Source: Lytechinus pictus
Taxonomy: Eukaryota
Length of the DNA stretch: 64,000 bases
Assembly (NCBI RefSeq): GCF_037042905.1
Contig: NC_087253.1
Span: 20,522,001-20,586,000 of the forward strand
Direction: 5' to 3'
Positions 61,801-64,000 of the stretch are shown piece after piece; positions within the stretch are counted from its first letter, which is position 1; each line of letters begins with the position of its first letter. The notes beneath the pieces are model-generated. The model saw only the letters and a list, made by a program, of their open reading frames with translations. It searched no databases and had not been told where the DNA came from. The position numbers and the translations under genes are program-made.

Positions 61801-63641
61801 AGATGGGGGCTTGGGCCATTAGCCCTGTGGACCTCGCCTCTTCAGTGGCGAACGTGCTCGGACTACCGCAGTAAGGGGGCCATTGTCTCCTTTTCANNNN
61901 NNNNNNNNNNNNNNNNNNNNNNNNNNNNNNNNNNNNNNNNNNNNNNNNNNNNNNNNNNNNNNNNNNNNNNNNNNNNNNNNNNNNNNNNNNNNNNNNNNNN
62001 NNNNNNNNNNNNNNNNNNNNNNNNNNNNNNNNNNNNNNNNNNNNNNNNNNNNNNNNNNNNNNNNNNNNNNNNNNNNNNNNNNNNNNNNNNNNNNNNNNNN
62101 NNNNNNNNNNNNNNNNNNNNNNNNNNNNNNNNNNATTGAAAATATAGGTTTTTTTAATATTGTAATGAAATTTATTATAAAATTATATTTTGGTATAAAA
62201 AAATTCGCAGCTGTTTAGAAAGTTTGCCTTATAAGCACATGTGCCTCCCCCCTTCATTTTTCTTTTCTTATATCCTTACAACACTTCCTCGTTCACTATC
62301 ACGGCTCTATATATCCAAATCTTTGTAATTTATGTATGTGTTCTTTTCTTTCCCTTGTTCCTTCTTTTCTTTTCTTCTTAGCTTTCTCTTTTCTCTCTTT
62401 TGTTCTTTCGTTTTTTTTAATCTTTTTTAAAATCCCTTTCTGTTTTACTTCTTCCCTTTTCCATCCTCTTTTTCATTCCCTCCTCGGTGATTTCTTTCGG
62501 GTTTTCACTTCTCTGTGTCATTTAAAATACTTATACTCTCGATATTTCTTTCTTTCTTGCCCATCCCCCCCCCCCCTCTCCCTCTCTCTCTCTCCCTCTC
62601 CCTCTGTCCAACCCCCCCCCCTTCCGAACTGTCCCTCTGTCCCTGTGTCCCCCCTCCCTCCTTCCTATTCCAGAAACCGAATATTTAAGGTCTGTGGAAA
62701 TTAAAAATCTAATGCTGCCATCTACGGTAAATTATCCTTCTGCATTATAAGCGGATGTCAAAGGGGGCACTGTCATAAAATATTTTGATTGATTGATTGA
62801 TAACGAATTTATTCATTCCAAAATTTCAACAAGGTTACAAAGTAATTTCGGTGACAAAACGAGTATTCGCCCTACAAGGAAAAAATAATCAATTATTTTA
62901 ACAAAATAAACAATGACGGCAAAATTCTCGGCTTGTCTAAACTTGTCAATTTCATAACTGAAAAAGTAATTTAAAAAAATCGCCACTGAGCTGCACGTTG
63001 CCGTATGAGTAAATTAGTGTAAAGATGGTGGCATTGCGTTCTTTTGAGGAAATGATCCATGCTATGTGAAAACATTTCTTTGCTCAAAAAACGCCTTATC
63101 ATTTTCCTCTGCGTTGATTGCAATATAAGAATAATTTGCATTGCTTGCGTACTTAGTAAAATGAATAGTTTTCATGAGTTATGACATTATGATTTTATTC
63201 GTTCGCAGTGAATTTTATATAATTCCCAAGAAATTTGTTTTGAAATGATTTATCAACGCAACTTTTATGTTCAATTTTTACACAAAGTCCCTACCGCGCG
63301 AGGGGGTAGTGAGAGGGGCGAAGTGCCCCCCCCCCCCCCCACCCTCTATTGTGGTGCAAAAAAGGAAGGAGATTATAAGAACAAGAAAAATAATAATAAA
63401 TAAGAAGTGAAAAATAATTGAATGAAATAAGGGGAGGGACTAATTGGGGGACTCTTTCAGGTCATTATATAAATATAAAAATCTCGCTCGCGCTCGTGAA
63501 AGCTTTCTGCTGAGAGCGAATATAAACTGATCAAGAGGGAAGCTTTAGGATAGTTCTCAAATCAATATGCACAATTTTTCTGCTTGCGTTTCGAGTTTTC
63601 ATTACTGTCTTTTAGCGAAATTCGCACCCTTTTCATGATTA

Positions 63642-63924
63642 AATGGTAAATGGTGGTGACTTTTTACCTAATTGCTAGGAAAGCATAAATGCTTGTAAGC
63701 AAGCAACCAGAGGACCGACGGTTTAAGGGCCTCCCCTAGGGACCTATGATGCATGAAGACAATGCCTTACGAAAGGGCACAAGCGCACCAAGTGGGAATC
63801 CAACCAGGGTCACCGTTGTTTTAATCTTGTCAATCTTTTTTTTTCTATATTGTAATTTTGGTTGATTTATCTTTTAAAAAGTAATCCGAAACCTCTGCTG
63901 AACCGACTGAGCTACCACGCGCTC
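63642..63924 (-). mobile_element. tRNA-derived SINE
   Basis: A box TAGCTCAGTCGG, degenerate B box GGTTGGATTCC, followed by a GTGCCCTT...AAGGCA core and a simple-repeat tail; AT-rich insertion in the head. Confidence 0.65.
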
Positions 63925-64000
63925 GCATTATCATGAGATTCATTTTCTTGTTTGTAAGAGCATGAGTGAGACTGTGTTGGTTTAGTATGTTGGTTAAGTA

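Larger units (their letters stand above)
54470..63733. repeat. Segmental duplicate of ~11520-31615 (copy 5 unit versus copy 2 unit)
   Basis: Colinear at offset 42941 through the gene; differs by TE insertions. Confidence 0.9.

Noticed and set aside
63770-63924. Possible tRNA gene
   Set aside because: Degenerate B box, interrupted by an insertion and followed by a SINE body and tail.

Overview
AT-rich animal genomic DNA, probably an echinoderm such as a sea urchin (inferred from the repeat families and gene type). The window holds a tandem array of five minus-strand paralogues of a TRIM-type gene, each with its coding sequence in a single exon. The architecture is RING, B-box1, B-box2, coiled coil, repeat linker and an NHL-like beta-propeller. 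Two copies are full length (633 aa) and one runs off the window edge. Two copies (468 and 487 aa) have lost B-box2 and the coiled coil in frame and instead carry a 19-aa hydrophobic segment between RING/B-box1 and the propeller. This predicts a membrane-anchored, receptor-like E3 ligase. The propeller is strongly diversified and mosaic among copies, while the 5' halves are homogenised. All five copies keep a perfect NF-kB site upstream of a candidate non-coding first exon. The intergenic and intronic DNA is dense with transposons, many present in one duplicate and absent from its paralogous site: a recent non-autonomous Gmr1-like Gypsy element with a tRNA-Gln PBS and an aberrant junction, a CACTA-type element with a 349-bp internal hairpin, a long-TIR element splitting an L2 fragment, hAT MITEs, a Helentron-type element, a LINE, a solo LTR and a SINE. 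All alignments were done by eye, and several N gaps limit certainty.
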